A stretch of DNA of 64,000 nucleotides from NCBI GenBank assembly GCA_951406725.2, contig OX597824.1, forward strand, positions 93,310,001 to 93,374,000. The letters run 5' to 3'. A model generated the notes under the pieces. That model searched no databases and was not told the DNA's origin. It saw nothing but the letters and a program-made list of their open reading frames with translations. This document shows positions 14,571 through 29,321 of this stretch, one piece after another (within the stretch, counting starts at the first letter, position 1; each line of letters starts with the position of its first letter). The stretch comes from Octopus vulgaris. Lineage: Eukaryota. The position numbers and the translations under genes are program-made.

Positions 14571-15351
14571 ATAACTGTAGTCATACTATGGTACATTTTT
14601 GCCGCCTCAAAAACAAACGTGTTTGTTTACATATGACGTAAGGCATCATAATGTTTAAACTCAGTTTTAATAACGTATGAAATGTGTGCTCATAATGTAT
14701 GAAAAGTGAGCATATAGCGTCTGAGATGTGGGACATTATAATCCGTAAAATATGGGATATTAGTAGCTAATATGTCGTCTTGTGAGGCCTGAAAAGAGCC
14801 CTTATACCGATAAATTGTTGTCTTGTAACGCAAGAAATATAAAACTGTTTCTTTTAATGTCAAATAATATAGCAGTCTTTTCATAAGCACTGCAGTATAT
14901 TTTTAAGAACCTGTATGTTCGTTTCAATTAATTAAAAAATCTTCTCAATCTCTGCCTATTTCTAAATTTAACAAGGGTTTTCTTTTCTCATGTTTTATTA
15001 TGTAAAAGCTACATTCTTTTGCCAGGGGCGAAGACGATGTTATACACCAGGTGGTCTATCTGCAATGATGCTTCTGCAGCAGATTTATAGGACCTTCTAT
15101 CTATAAAGAGAACCCTAGATGTTATTTCCGATATCTATGATCACCAAGAAAAATTAACTCTTCGGGCATGTGGCTTGCTTTTAACATTGAAATTGTTTGA
15201 AATCAAGAATATAATTTTGTGGTGCAAAATGATACTATAGTTTCAAATGTCAATTACTTTTACTCCAAAATGAACAACTAACCATGATAATATTACTCCA
15301 TATCTGTTCAATAATTTACTTAAGCGAGGGCCTCTCTTAGTTCAATCTAAC

Positions 15352-16165
15352 ACAGCGAGCTGACAGCATCGTAAGCACGCCGGGCAAAATGCTTAGCGGT
15401 ATTTTATCTGTTTTTACATTCTGAGTCCAAATTCCGTCGAGCTTGACTTTGGCTTCATCCTTTCGGGGTCGATAAATTAAGTACCATTTGCGTACTGGGG
15501 TCGACCTAGTCGACAGATCTCCTCCCCCAAAATTTCGGGTCCTGTGCCTAGAGTAGAAAAGATTAATATATCTAAGGTGGTGAGCTGGCAGAAACGTTAG
15601 CACGCCGGGCGAAATGCTTAGCGGTATTTCGTCTGTTTTTTCCGTTCTGAGTTCAAATTCCGCCGAGATCGACTTTACCTTTCATCCTTTCGGGGACGAT
15701 AAATTAAGGACCAGTTGCGTACTGGGGGCGACCTAATCGACTGGGCTCCTCCCCCAAAATTTAGGGCCCTATACCTGGAGTAGAAAAGAATCATTTATAT
15801 GCCGGACAAAATGCATTGCAGTATTTCTTCCGACCCATTACATTCTGAGTTCAAACCACGCCAAGCCTGACTTTGTTCTCTATTATTTCATGGTCGATAA
15901 AATATAGTACCAGTCATGTACTGGAGTTGGTGTAATCATCTAACACCCTCTCCCTAAAACCGCTGGCCTCGTGCTGTCAGCATAAGATGCCTTTCGGTAT
16001 TTCTTTCCTCCTTTTCCGATCGAAGTTCAATTTCTTCTAGAATCGACTCCGTTTTTCATACTGATAAGATCGATGAAATATAAAACCAGTAATTTACGGG
16101 GGCCAATTTAATCGTATTACTGACTCCTCCCCACCACATTGTTGGTTATGTGTCTAAATTAGAAA
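15352..16165 (+). mobile_element. Head-to-tail array of about four SINE family B copies
   Basis: GCGAGCTGRCAG...AGCACGCCGGGCRAAATGCTTAGCGGTATTT...GAGTTCAAATTCCGCCGAG..GACTTTGCCTTTCATCCTTTCGGGGTCGATAAATTAAGTACC is well conserved at about 15352 and 15575 and degenerate at about 15800 and 15975. Confidence 0.85.
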
Positions 16166-16279
16166 CAAAAAAATTCGTTAATTCAAGCTCTATGTTTCGG
16201 TGGTAATCGTCCGAAAATTTATGAAGCAAACTAGAATTTTACATATACCAAAGAACGGCCATCACAAACAGCCAAAAAG

Positions 16280-16625
16280 AAAGCCTCTATGCGGTAGCCT
16301 GATTTATTAGAAATAGCCACCACATCCACTCGATTCACTCCCTAACATATGTTAAAACAAATGTTAAAACAATTTGAAGAATGTGATTTTAAATATACAC
16401 AGAGGTGCTGTCCATAGTGAAAAGTTTTGAAATGTCTTTGCTCATAAGAATCAGAGATTATCTGAGACTAAACTACAGCGAAGCCTCTATGCAGTAGCCT
16501 GAGATATGAGAAATAGCAGCTGCACACCCATTGATTCACACTGTATCCTCAGACGAAACGGAAAACGGAAAAGTTGTTGGTCTGGACTAAAATGTCTTCG
16601 TTCATAAGTATTCCTATTTAGCGAA
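16280..16625 (+). repeat. Two tandem copies (about 200-bp period) of an unclassified dispersed repeat
   Basis: AAGCCTCTATGCRGTAGCCTGA...AGAAATAGC at about 16282 and 16481. A related core occurs at about 9345 and 35335. Confidence 0.6.
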
Positions 16626-16699
16626 GATCTTGTTCTAAACTTAATAATTCCCAACCCTTCTAAAGTTAGTTAGAAATTCAGCGGGTACGGGATAGTCGA

Positions 16700-16840
16700 T
16701 AACATCAACCTCCGTGCTAAGCCGGTACTTATTTTGTCGACCCCGAAAGGATGAAGGGCAAGGTCGACCTCAGAAAAACTTAAACTCAAAGCATAAAAAC
16801 GGATGAAATTCCGCAGAGCATCCCGCTAGCTCACCGCTTT
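16700..16840 (-). mobile_element. SINE family B
   Basis: GGTACTTATTTTGTCGACCCCGAAAGGATGAAGGGCAAGGTCGACCTC. Confidence 0.75.
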
Positions 16841-17059
16841 AACCCCCTTTCTAATATTGCAAACTTTATAGAGACAGGCTGTAAACAATTACCTGCTTTT
16901 CTAAATTTCCCACATTGCTTTTTTTCCTGCGAAGTCCTACAAATTTCGTGCAGAAATAGAGTCAGAGGAAATCTAATTACCTTTTCCGTCACATGCCAAT
17001 TGTACGATCGATATAATCAAAATCTTTGATTAACTTTAGCAAGAGATTCTTTCAGAAAA

Positions 17060-17390
17060 GTTATCCGTTGTCTTTCTACCTTTGGCTCGTCGTTGAAATG
17101 TAATCTTCGCTGTGTCTGTCCAATAAGCATTTCCATGCTGATCGTTCTGATGAAGTCTCTGGTCTAATACCCTCTCTCCAAAGCTTCATGCGTCTCACCC
17201 GTTTCTCTTCCCCGACACATCATTTCACTATTGAGCTTTCTGTTGGTCATAAGACCTTTCAGTTTATTAACTTCTTTTTCCTTGAAAAGCTGCCTCTCTG
17301 GAACTCAGCCCCGTCCTCTTATTTCCCTCGGTTCTTTGATATTCAGCCCTTTAAACTTCCTGTCAAACATCATCTCTCGAATTTGTAAGC
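17060..17390 (+). pseudogene. CR1-group (CR1/L2/Crack-like) LINE ORF2 C-terminal relic
   Basis: Reads ...PLARR*NV.SLCL..KHFHADRSDEVSGLIPSLQSFMRLTRFSSPTHHFTIEL...FFFLEKLPLWNSAPSSYFP..FDIQPFKLPVKHHLS, matching the post-RT motif SFFPRT..LWN.LP...FP....L..FK..V. Confidence 0.7.
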
Positions 17391-17513
17391 CCTTTCTTCT
17401 TTTTCTTCATACTAGTCCCTTACGCTAAGTGTCTTCAAGGCTCGTTTAGGATGAAATCGAATAAGCAATCGATTCATGCATTCTAATCCATTTTAACAAT
17501 GCAGACACACATT

Positions 17514-17806
17514 AACGAGATGCCGGTTTACCAGTGTCCGATTTGCCAGAGTCCATGTCGTATAAATGAACCAGATGCCGGTTTTTCCAGTGTCCGATTT
17601 CCCAGAGTCCATGTCGTATAAATGAACGAGATGCCGGTTTTTCCAGTGTCCGATTTCCCAGAGTCCATGCCATATAAATGAACGAGATGCTGGTTTTTCT
17701 AGTGTCCGATTTCCCAGAGTCCATGTCGTATAAATGAACGAGATGCCAGTTTACCAGTGTCCGATTTCCCAGAATCCATGTCGTATAAATGAACGAGATG
17801 CCGGTT
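17514..17806. repeat. Minisatellite, about 5.3 copies of 55-56 bp
   Basis: Unit AACGAGATGCCGGTTTTTCCAGTGTCCGATTTCCCAGAGTCCATGTCGTATAAATG starts at 17514, 17569, 17625, 17681, 17737 and 17792. Confidence 0.97.
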
Positions 17807-17849
17807 CGTTGCAGCGTTGACCGCCAGAAATTTTGAGAGGCGATAACAA

Positions 17850-18028
17850 GTCGATTAATTCTTATATCAAATTTAACACTTGACTGGCCCCTTATTTTAG
17901 TGACCCTGTAGAGCTGAAAGGTAAATTTGACCTTGGCACGATTGGAACTCCTAGCATAAAAAGCCGGGAGTATTGCAACCAAGAATTTTGTCCAAAGTGT
18001 TAACGATTCAGCCAGCTTGCCGCCCTAA
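17850..18028 (-). mobile_element. SINE family B, diverged
   Basis: Ends TAACGATTCAGCCAGCTTGCCGCC, the reverse complement of the family B head. Confidence 0.65.
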
Positions 18029-18347
18029 TACCCAATAATAGAAAGAAAGAAAAAACGAGAGAGAAATGAAGGGATGTTGATAAGCGGATTAATGATTGAA
18101 CTACGCAATCCTATATTGTGAGTTAAAACCATTCTGATATTTTAATGCATATTGTTTGGTTTTAGGAATTGCAAAACGGCAATGAACTACAGCAGCCACC
18201 CGTAAGCAGGTAAACTTCGTCGCATGTAACTGTTTTTGTTACCCAGATTAACACGGGCAAACACGGACACCTCCTCAAATCTCGTTCCTTTAAAGCAGTA
18301 GAACCTGCAGAATAAAACTGGCGGGAAAAAGAGAGAGAGATAGATAG

Positions 18348-18432
<85 letters not shown>

Positions 18433-18433
18433 T

Positions 18434-18476
<43 letters not shown>

Positions 18477-19097
18477 GACAGAGTAGGGGGAGAGAATGGC
18501 ATCATTACGAGGCTGGAATAATCTTGATCGACCTCAAAAGAATAAACGTCAAAATTAGCGTCTGTGGATTTGAAACCAGCATGCCGGAGACCAAAAGCAA
18601 ACATATAGCTGTATATTCTTTGCGACGCTCGAACGAACCTACAAATCGACCGGTTTCAAACGGCAATTAAGTAACAAATTATCGATACATGTATTCTAAT
18701 TACGAAAAACCGTTCAATTAAGTTTAGTCATTGATCTGCTGTGTGTGATTTATAATTGGTTGCCTTTTTCAATCTGAGAGAGCGGATGCATATCCAGATA
18801 TAAATTTGCTCAAACTCTTATTTATATGTTCAAAAGCAGTTTTTCGTTTAATAGTTTGGAAAATGCAGCAGGATATATGATGCCAATGAGTTATAATGAC
18901 GAAGCGGATACAAAATGGCAGAAAGAAGAAATGATAATCATGGCATTTGGAATTTTCATCTTCCTCTTTCTCTCTCGAACACAGACACACAGGCGCATAC
19001 ATTCTATCGAGGTTACTCTCTCCCACTCAGTAACTCTCTCTCTTTCTTCATAAATATATGAATACATTTGTATGAAAGTATCTGCATATATATATGC

Positions 19098-19165
<68 letters not shown>

Positions 19166-19341
19166 GTATATATGTATTTATGTATGCATGCATGTGTGTG
19201 TATGAAACCTGTCCTAGCCGAAGCTCCGACATCACAGTCATTTTAATCTCGAGAAAATGTAATAAATATGGGTTGTAGGTTGTTTTTTTTCATGTAACTT
19301 GAAATAAGCTCAAAGAATATATAAAGCATATATATATTTAC

Positions 19342-19388
<47 letters not shown>

Positions 19389-19539
19389 TATATATAAATA
19401 CATACATATTTATATATGTGTGTGTATGTACGTACGTACATATGTATGTATGTATATATTATGTATGTATATGTGAAGGGATTCTCTGATTTCCTGTCTA
19501 CCAAAACCACGCACAACGCTTTGGTCAGCCCGGGGCTAT

Positions 19540-19629
<90 letters not shown>

Positions 19630-21359
19630 TCAGGACTATATGGTGTATATAGATATAGATAATTATTTATGTACCTTTCACACCATTATATATTTGTGTG
19701 CTGGTATATAATATTTATATATGCATAATCTTATCAACACAAACCGAGTCATGAAATTTGCAACCATCCATACATACATACACATATATGTACATACACT
19801 CACACACAAATACATACATACATACATAGATACATACATACAATACAATACATACATAGATACATACCTACATACATACATAATTACAATACATACATAT
19901 ATATATATATATACATATACATACATATATACATACATACATACATACATACATACATACATACATACATACACACATACATACATACCAAAATACCCTG
20001 TCGTTGACGTTGAAATTCCAATGAATGAGACTTGGATCTAGGTTAGAAACCGGCTCTTTCTCTAATGGCAAGAAATCTTTAAAAAAAACTGAATAATGAC
20101 ATGCAGTATGTATGTACATAGTATATACATACATACATACATACATACATACATGCATACATACAGACATTTGTATATACACACACACATACATACATAC
20201 ATACATACATACATACATACATACATACATACATACATACATACATACATACATACATACATACATAAATACATACATACATACATTTGTACATATATAC
20301 ATACATACATACATACGTACATGAATACATACATACATACATACATATATTTGTACATACATACATACATATATACATATGCGCACTTATGAGTTGTTGG
20401 TTGTTCATTTTTGTTCAACACACGACGAGATCCGCTCTTAATCATCCGAAGTTATTTCTATTCCCAAGGAAAACTTCGCAAACACAAGCACACATTCGAC
20501 TTCCTACACATTCAAGTATGATGAATCACTTGGTGTGTGAGAAAGGATTACGTAGGTCGTATTTTCATGTTCGCGCAGGTCCATATCCGTTTTCACTGTA
20601 ATCACTTCCGGTTTCTCTCACGTAACAACCTCTTTAAACAGTACCATTTTATTACAAGATTTCTAGGTTTGTCCGCTGCCATTGAGTTATGGGCTGCTCA
20701 AAAGACTAAACAATACAAAGACTAAATCGTTATTGAAACAAAAACACATCAAACGTTTATGTTTAGGGAGAGAATTATAAAATGTACATAACAACGCGAG
20801 AGTATGTATGCGCACGCACACGCATGCGCCCCCACACAAACATATATATAATATATATGTATGTATGTATATATGTATGTATGTATGTGTAAGTATGTAT
20901 GTATGTTTGTATGTATGTATGTATGTGTGTATGTGTGTATGTATGTATGTGTGTATGTATGTATGTATGTATGTATGTTTGTATGTATGTATGTATGTAT
21001 GTATGTTTGTATGTATGTATATATGTATGTATGTATGTGTGTATGTATGTATGTATGTATGTGTGTATGTGTGTATGTGTATGTATGTATGTATGTATGT
21101 ATGTATGTATGTATGTATGTATGTATGTATGTATGTATGTATGTATGTATGTATGTATGTATGTGTGTATGTATGTATATATGTATGTATGTATGTATAA
21201 GCTTTTCTTTTTATGTGGAAAGAAATTTAGCATTACAAAGAAAGGATCGTTCAATATGAGTTGGAAGTTTCGGCTTACGAAATGTTTGCCTGTGGATGAG
21301 AGCGTGAGGGTTGAGAGAGAAAGAGTCAGAGGCGGCGGGGGAGGGCTTGCATGCTTGAT

Positions 21360-21384
21360 ATTGTTGTTATTGCTGTTGTTGGTG

Positions 21385-21416
<32 letters not shown>

Positions 21417-22570
21417 GGTGGTGGTAGTGATGGCTGTTATGATGGTTGTGGTGATGGTGGCGGTTTGTCTCTGTATGGCAGTGGTGGTAGTGGTGGTTGT
21501 GGTGGCGGCTGTGGTGGAGCTGGTGCTGGTGCTGGTTGTGGTTCAGGTGATAGTGGTGGTGGCTGTGGTCGTGGTAGTAATGGTGGTGGTGGTGGTGGTG
21601 GAGGGTGATGTTGTTTTTAGTGGTACCGTTGTTGATGGTTGTGATTGTGGTGTGATTGATGGTTGTTGATGGTTGTGCAGTTGGAGATGATGTTGATGAT
21701 GATGATGGTGATGATGATGATGATGATGATGATGACAACGATGATCAACATCATCATCATCATCATCATCATCATGATGGTGATGATAGCTTTCGTAACG
21801 GAGATAATTGTGATGCGGTTGACTATTGACACCAGTAAGGTTAATAGTACAGTCAAAAGCTTTTTAAATGGTGATTTTCGAGGTGGCCCTTGGCGACGTT
21901 GCTCCATCCATGTTAATAAACGTTGACCGTATCAGAACGCTACAATAAAATCTTCGAGAGACGATAGTTATTTGCAGTAATCATATTCCAAACTGATATT
22001 AGTCGTATCGTGTTATGATGCTGTTACTTCGATTTAGTTGTTACAACACTATTTTAATTCTACCAGCGTGTGTTTAACTGTCAGCAAGTTTTGCTACCAT
22101 TATTATCACACGCCGTGATTCCTGTTTTTCATTCGGTCCAAGGAACATAGTATTATCACCTACACCTTAGCGAAGGAGGAAGTATTCTTTTCAGTTGTAT
22201 TTGTTTGTTTGTCGTTGGACAAGATATTTCGAGAACCGCTGGATGGATTCTAATGAAACTTTCAGAGATGTTTGGCCTCGTGACTGGTACAAACTGATCA
22301 AATTTTGGAATAAATCTGTACCGGACAAGGATTGCTGTTGTTGTTGTAGTTGTTGTTGTTACTCGTGGTGGTGGTGATGGTGGTGGTGGTAGTGGGTGGT
22401 GGTGGTGGTGGTGGTGGTGGTGGTGGGTGGTGGTGGTGGTGGTGGTGGTGGTGGTGGTGGTGGTAGTGGTGGTGGTGGTGGTGGTGATGGTGGTGGTGGT
22501 GGTGGTGGTGGTGGTGGTGGTGGTGGTGGTGGTGGTGGTGGTGGTGGTGGTGGTGGTGGTGGTGGTGGTG
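21360..22570. repeat. (GGT)n/(GAT)n/(GTT)n low-complexity tracts
   Basis: Directly visible at 21360-21790 and 22335-22570. Confidence 0.9.
22152..22335 (+). mobile_element. Helentron-associated non-autonomous (DINE/HINE-like) element fragment
   Basis: TTATCACCTACACCTTAGCGAAGGAGG start, (TTTG)n, then GATATTTCGAGAACCGCTGGATGGATTCTAATGAAACTT, resembling the DINE-like core. Confidence 0.6.
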
Positions 22571-22904
22571 TTCGTTTCAGCAAGGTGCTGTAGTATCTAG
22601 TGAACCACAGCAACCTTGAAACGGTTTCGTATTCCATGGCTCTTCTGGGTGGCTTTCATCAGTTGTGTCCCGTTCCATACCAATATTTTTCAGGAAATTG
22701 CGCACTGATCACGGCTGGAAAGTCGCAGCAAACGATTTTAACAACGGGTTTGGTCCATTGCAACCTTTGAGAATTTCATCAGCCTTGTCCTGATATTTGT
22801 GTTTTTTCAGTAGGCGGAAACGTGTAAAATATCTCCTCCCAGAGAATTCTTTACTTGGCCACGATGATAGCTTTTAAGCCGCTGAATAGCAATAGATGGT
22901 TATA

Positions 22905-23310
22905 CTAAGAAATCACATTTTTGAGATGGAAGTATACTCTAATAAAAACAATTATTCGGTGCAAACAGAACAGGCCTGCTTCAGAAGTATTCTGCGAGTT
23001 AAAATCATACATTTTTGTAAAGATTAACAACACGACAAATGCGAATGTTTCCTTTATAGCTGTAGGAAAATAAAACTCTATGATGAAATAATGATGAACA
23101 TACGGCTCTTTTATCCTTGTATCTGTTAAAATTAACATTTGTGCCTATTATCATCGGTGCACTCAGATAGAGAACAAGAGACCTGCATAAAAGCCTAGAC
23201 TTGCTGGAGTTTTCCAAGACAGAACAATGCAAAATGGCTCACATCTTCCAAATCCAATCAATTAGCGGTACACTGAAGATTTCTAAAATATTCAAAACAT
23301 CTTCACTTAA
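22905..23310 (+). pseudogene. Decayed RLE-type non-LTR retrotransposon C-terminus
   Basis: Fragments TFVPIIIGAL (about 23136) and QIQSISGTLKISKIF (about 23248) resemble the VPVVIGALG and Q..AL.GT..I motifs of restriction-like-endonuclease LINEs. Many stops. Confidence 0.6.
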
Positions 23311-23656
23311 GTTTGCAATCACATGTGCATATGTTATATACAAATTACATAATAAATAATCACGCATGTACTCGCTCTGTAAATTCTTACACACACATAG
23401 CACCACTATAAACAAGACACCATGTGCATTTATATCCATGCACACCATAAATCAGACAAACACTACAAATTTCTTCGGAAAAGTCTTGATTTAAACAAAG
23501 AAGCCACGTCACTTTTTTAGAAAATCGATTGTCACTGACATACGTATAAGCGTATATACATACACATATACTTATACATGCGTAGAGACACGGCAAAGGC
23601 TGAACGCTCATAGGTCGTCTTCGACGGAAGAATCCACCATTATTATTACAGTATTT

Positions 23657-23800
23657 AAGGCGACGAGCTGGAAGAATCGTTAGAACGCTGGACGAAATGC
23701 TTTGCTCTATTTGGCCCGTCGCTCCGTTCTGAGTTTAAAATCCGCCGAGATCGGCTTTGCCTTTCAGCCTTTCGGGGTCAATAATTTTAGTACCAGTTTT
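23657..23800 (+). mobile_element. SINE family B abutting the mariner 5' region
   Basis: GGCGACGAGCTGGAAGAATCGTTAG...CTTTGCCTTTCAGCCTTTCGGGGTC. Confidence 0.85.
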
Positions 23801-24854
<1,054 letters not shown>

Positions 24855-24882
24855 AAATATATATGTACATTGGGTCATTCTA

Positions 24883-24934
<52 letters not shown>

Positions 24935-25025
24935 ATGTATGTATATCTGTGCATGCATGTATATATGTATATATAGAGACAGCGTTACATTGATAGATAG
25001 ATGGATAGATAGATAGATAGATAGG

Positions 25026-25057
<32 letters not shown>

Positions 25058-25536
25058 TTATATCTATAATAATGCCGCTTTTACATTCTTACAAGTCTCG
25101 GATAAAGTGAAAGAATTTGAAGAATAAAACTATTAAATAAGTGAAATAAATAACATTTTTTTCAGCTGTAATAATACTACACATATTAATTATGCAATTT
25201 CCGTTGAGAGCGAAAGGTCACTCAATTTTTGATGTTTCTCCTAACAGTGTAACAGTAATAGATATCATATAGACTCTATAAGGTATGTAATATCAATTAT
25301 TGCCATATCTATTAGTCGAGAGTAAATAGATACGGTGATTATTTGTAAGAAACAGCGCATACGAGGTTTATCAAACGGATTATATGTAACTGATAATGTG
25401 GTCATTGGTAATTAACTTATACACGAACAAATATATGTATAAGTGTGTCACTTGAAACACACACACATAGATAAATACATACATACATGTATGTATGTAT
25501 GTATGTATGTATGTATGTATGTATGTATGTATGTAT

Positions 25537-25571
<35 letters not shown>

Positions 25572-25659
25572 CATGAATTTACTGTCAGACTTCACGTACA
25601 CCAAATTACCTAAACACCGAGACGCCTGTGCGCATATATGTATAGATAGATACACACAC

Positions 25660-25691
<32 letters not shown>

Positions 25692-25692
25692 G

Positions 25693-25726
<34 letters not shown>

Positions 25727-25854
25727 CACAGACACACAGACACACGGACGGAAGGATGGACGAATGGACGGATGTATGTTGTGTGTATACGTAATGTCTG
25801 TATATTTATGAATTAATATATCTATGCATGCATGCATGTATATATAGAGACAAC

Positions 25855-25938
<84 letters not shown>

Positions 25939-26599
25939 TTCAAAGGCATATGTATTTATCTATACTTAGTGAAGATCATCCATTTAATATGTATCCATAA
26001 ATATACAACACAAACTCACATGTAAAATCTACATAAATCCATGCACAGCTGTGGCATGCCTATATGCAGGTATACATATATACACAATATATTTCCGTAC
26101 ATAGTAAATACATAGACTCTACACTGTAAAGAGTTGCTTGTCGAAATAGGAACAATGTTTCAATCAAATGATGTCACTACGAAAATGTCTGCCGTGCATA
26201 TTTTACACACGTAAAATGGTTCGATCAAGTCTGGAACATATTAAAGCTAGGTAAACGCTAAACGAGAATAACAAAGTTGTTATTCTTGTTCTCATAGTTT
26301 AGTGACCAGTTGAGTCTCAGCTGTACACACAGACAAATGCATTGCAACCGTGACCATTAATTCTTTGCATGCATATTCGTCTGCTATTACTAGCTGAACG
26401 ATCGTATGTGGAATAGAGCTTAATGATATTAACCGCTGACCTCTTGATTAGGGTTCCCCTTTCAACCTATGGATTTAATTACCCGGCCTCTCAGATAAAT
26501 AATTGCTACAATTAGCGCAGCTGTCTACTAACTTTGACCCATCCACCACTATTTCAGTCGACTGTGTCATAACTCTATGATCCCTGATTCAATGGATGA

Positions 26600-27405
26600 A
26601 ACTGTCTCGTTAGATTACAGCATAAATCTCTCATCTACCAGGTGAAAACAATCTCATTACACAAGCACCACATCAAAGCGGTCTCATTACACTCACTCAC
26701 GTTCCTAAACACACAAACACACACACACATACTAATTCAGATACTATTTCATTGTACAACCACCAGACCAAATACTACCTCATGCCCCATAGATTATATA
26801 TTGTCCTCGCATCCACCTGGTCATAGCTACATTATTGTAAGATGTATCTGTACAATAATGTAGCTATGACCAAGAAGGTCTAATTACACCAGAAACACAC
26901 ACACACGTATATCAAATCATATTTTCTCTTAATTTATCATTATTCACCGAAAAGGTCATATACTATTCAAATACCCATCAACCAATCAAAAACTGTTTCA
27001 TTAAGCATCGACCGGTCAAAAGCTGCCTCACTCTATACACCCCAGATATAACCTGACTCATTACACGACCATCAAATTAAGCCTGACACATTACACATCC
27101 AACAGATCAAACCTAGATCAATAATCCACTGGATTAAAGGTGCGTCATTATATATCCTCTTAATCAACTTCCGTTGAACATCATGGAGATCACAATTTTA
27201 TCATGATCTATCAGATCAAATACTATTTCATATCATATCCAATGTACCTTATTTAATATCCATGAGTTCAAAGTTTCCTCATTAGACGTGTTCCAGATCA
27301 AACTCCATTACACGTCCTCCAGGTCTTAGTTGCCTTGATACACTTCCACAAATATAAAGTGTCCCGTTACGCATCCACCAGACCCTAAATTGCCTGATTA
27401 GACCC
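26600..27405. repeat. Old degenerate minisatellite, about 30-bp period
   Basis: Recurring CTCATTACAC..CCACCAGATCAAA. TCTCATTACAC at 26652 and 26682, and CTCATTACAC/CACATTACAC at 27057 and 27087. Confidence 0.6.
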
Positions 27406-27511
27406 TAGCTTTACTCTTTCCAAAATCTCATCCAAGGTAAGGATAAATAAAATCATTTTATGCAACAAAGAGAAGGTAATGGTGGATGGAATATAAAATA
27501 ATAATAATCCT

Positions 27512-28100
27512 TTTTACTCAAGGCACTGAAATTTGGGGGTAGAGGGCCAGTGGATTGGAGATCCACCTCAGTACGCAACTGGTAATTAATTTAGTGACCC
27601 CGAAAGAATGAAAAGCAAAGTCGACTACGGTGGAATTTGAACTCAGAAGGCTTAGCATTTCGCTTGGCGTGTTAACAATTCTTATTTCTTTACTACCCAC
27701 AAGGGGCTAAACACAGAGGGGACAAACAAGGACAGACAAACGGATTAAATCGATAATATCGAACCCAGTGCGTAACTGTTACTTAATTTATCGATCCTGA
27801 AAGGATGAAAGGCAAAGAAGACCTCGGCGGAATTTGAACACAGAACGTAACCGCAGACGAAATACCTATTTCTTTACTACCCACAAGGGGCTAAAGATAG
27901 AGAGGACGAACAAGGACAGACAAACGGATTAAGTCGATTATATCGACCCCAGTGCATAACTGGTACTTAATTTATCGACCCCGAAAGGATGAAAGGCAAA
28001 GAAGACCTCGGCGGAATTTGAACTCAGAACGCAGCGGCGGACGAAATACCACAAAGCATTTCGCCCGGCGTGCTAACGTTTCTGCCAGCTCGCCGCCTTA
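27512..28100 (-). mobile_element. Three tandem SINE family B copies
   Basis: GAAAGRATGAAARGCAAAG..GAC..CGG.GGAATTTGAAC occurs three times. Two copies have the tail TTTCTTTACTACCCACAAGGGGCTAAA. Confidence 0.9.
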
Positions 28101-28404
28101 TAAAATAATAATAATGAACATAAAGACAATACTGCAAGGAATGAGTCTAATGGTTAATTTGCATAGAAATCCATGGGTTGTACCCTTAAGGATTTTGCAC
28201 TGGAATTTAATCATTAAAATAATAATTTATAGTCATCATTAAGAGCCTCACAACATAAAGAATATTAGCGTCCTTTTTAATATATTTGAACGAAATGCAC
28301 TCCAGGAACAATAATCCCTGTGTATGTACCCTTGTTTATTGAGTATTATATAAGTGCTGTGAGAATTGAGAGTTATTTTATTTCTTCTCATTAACGATTA
28401 TGCA

Positions 28405-28645
28405 AAAGGTAGCAAGATGGCGGAATCGTCAGCACATCGGACAAAATGTTTAGCGGTATTTTTTATAGCTGTTTACTTTCTGAGTTCACTCCTACCGAGG
28501 TCTACTTTGACTTTCGTCCATTTGGAGTCGATAAAACAATAACTAACAGAGTGTTGAGGCTGGTGTAAACAACTAAGTTCTTTCTCGAAAAGAAAAGTGA
28601 GCGAGAGAAGTTACTGGCTTTTGTGCCAAAATTTGAAAACCATTA
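28405..28645 (+). mobile_element. SINE family B, diverged
   Basis: GGCGGAATCGTCAGCACATCGGACAAAATGTTTAGCGGTATTT ... GTGCCAAAATTTGAAAACCA. Confidence 0.7.
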
Positions 28646-29321
28646 GGAAAGATGCAAGGCTGCGAAGATGTAAGACTGCAGTCGTTAGCATGCTGTCAGG
28701 TATTTGTTTCGAATGTTAGCGTTCAAATCCCACCGACATCGACCTCGTTTTTAATTCTTCAAGGGGTCGGGGTAAAAGGCTGTAACCTGGGACTAGGGAT
28801 TAGTGGGAATGTTTGAAGGTGTGTGCGTATGTCGGAGGGTAAAGGGCTAGGCATTTGCCTCTAGAAAAAGTCCAAAGATAGCAGAGGCGGTAAATTTACA
28901 GCTTCTTTAATATTGTCAATCAACCATTAAGAAAGAAAAGCCAACCAAATTTCGATGGCCTTGACATTTCCATTTATTTACACTTACCAAGGTTCCGAAA
29001 ATAAAAAAAAAAACAAATGTTGTCCTGCCTGCATATATACGGACCGATGCACGTTCACAATTAACCAACAGTTGTTAGTTTAATATACACATAGCAGAAG
29101 CAAAAACCATTGGTGCTTTGTAGGAAGATGAGACAATATATATGTATCCCGTGTTCAGAACACATGTACAAATTGAATGCAGTTCCGAGGTCATAGGTTT
29201 ACGATAAGAAGTTGTAGTGGAAACATCAAAATTAGTTGATCGGTTAGAAAATTATAATTTGTGAATCTCACAACGAGAGATATTAAACAACAGTACTTTG
29301 GTGTAAAGATTGCCAACATGT

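Noticed and set aside
14231-14596. Mucin-like Thr-rich exon on the minus strand
   Set aside because: It is a simple (ACC)n repeat with no splice or flanking coding support.
14715-14760. pogo-like TIR (minus strand CCCATATTTTACGGATTATAA)
   Set aside because: There is no partner TIR or TSD, and it is too short to call.
17514-17806. CRISPR array (also considered for 57088-57511)
   Set aside because: The units are contiguous with no unique spacers, there are no cas genes, and the context is eukaryotic.
21351-21608. Gly-rich secreted peptide ORF
   Set aside because: It derives from degenerate (GGT)n and is open in several frames, as expected for such repeats.
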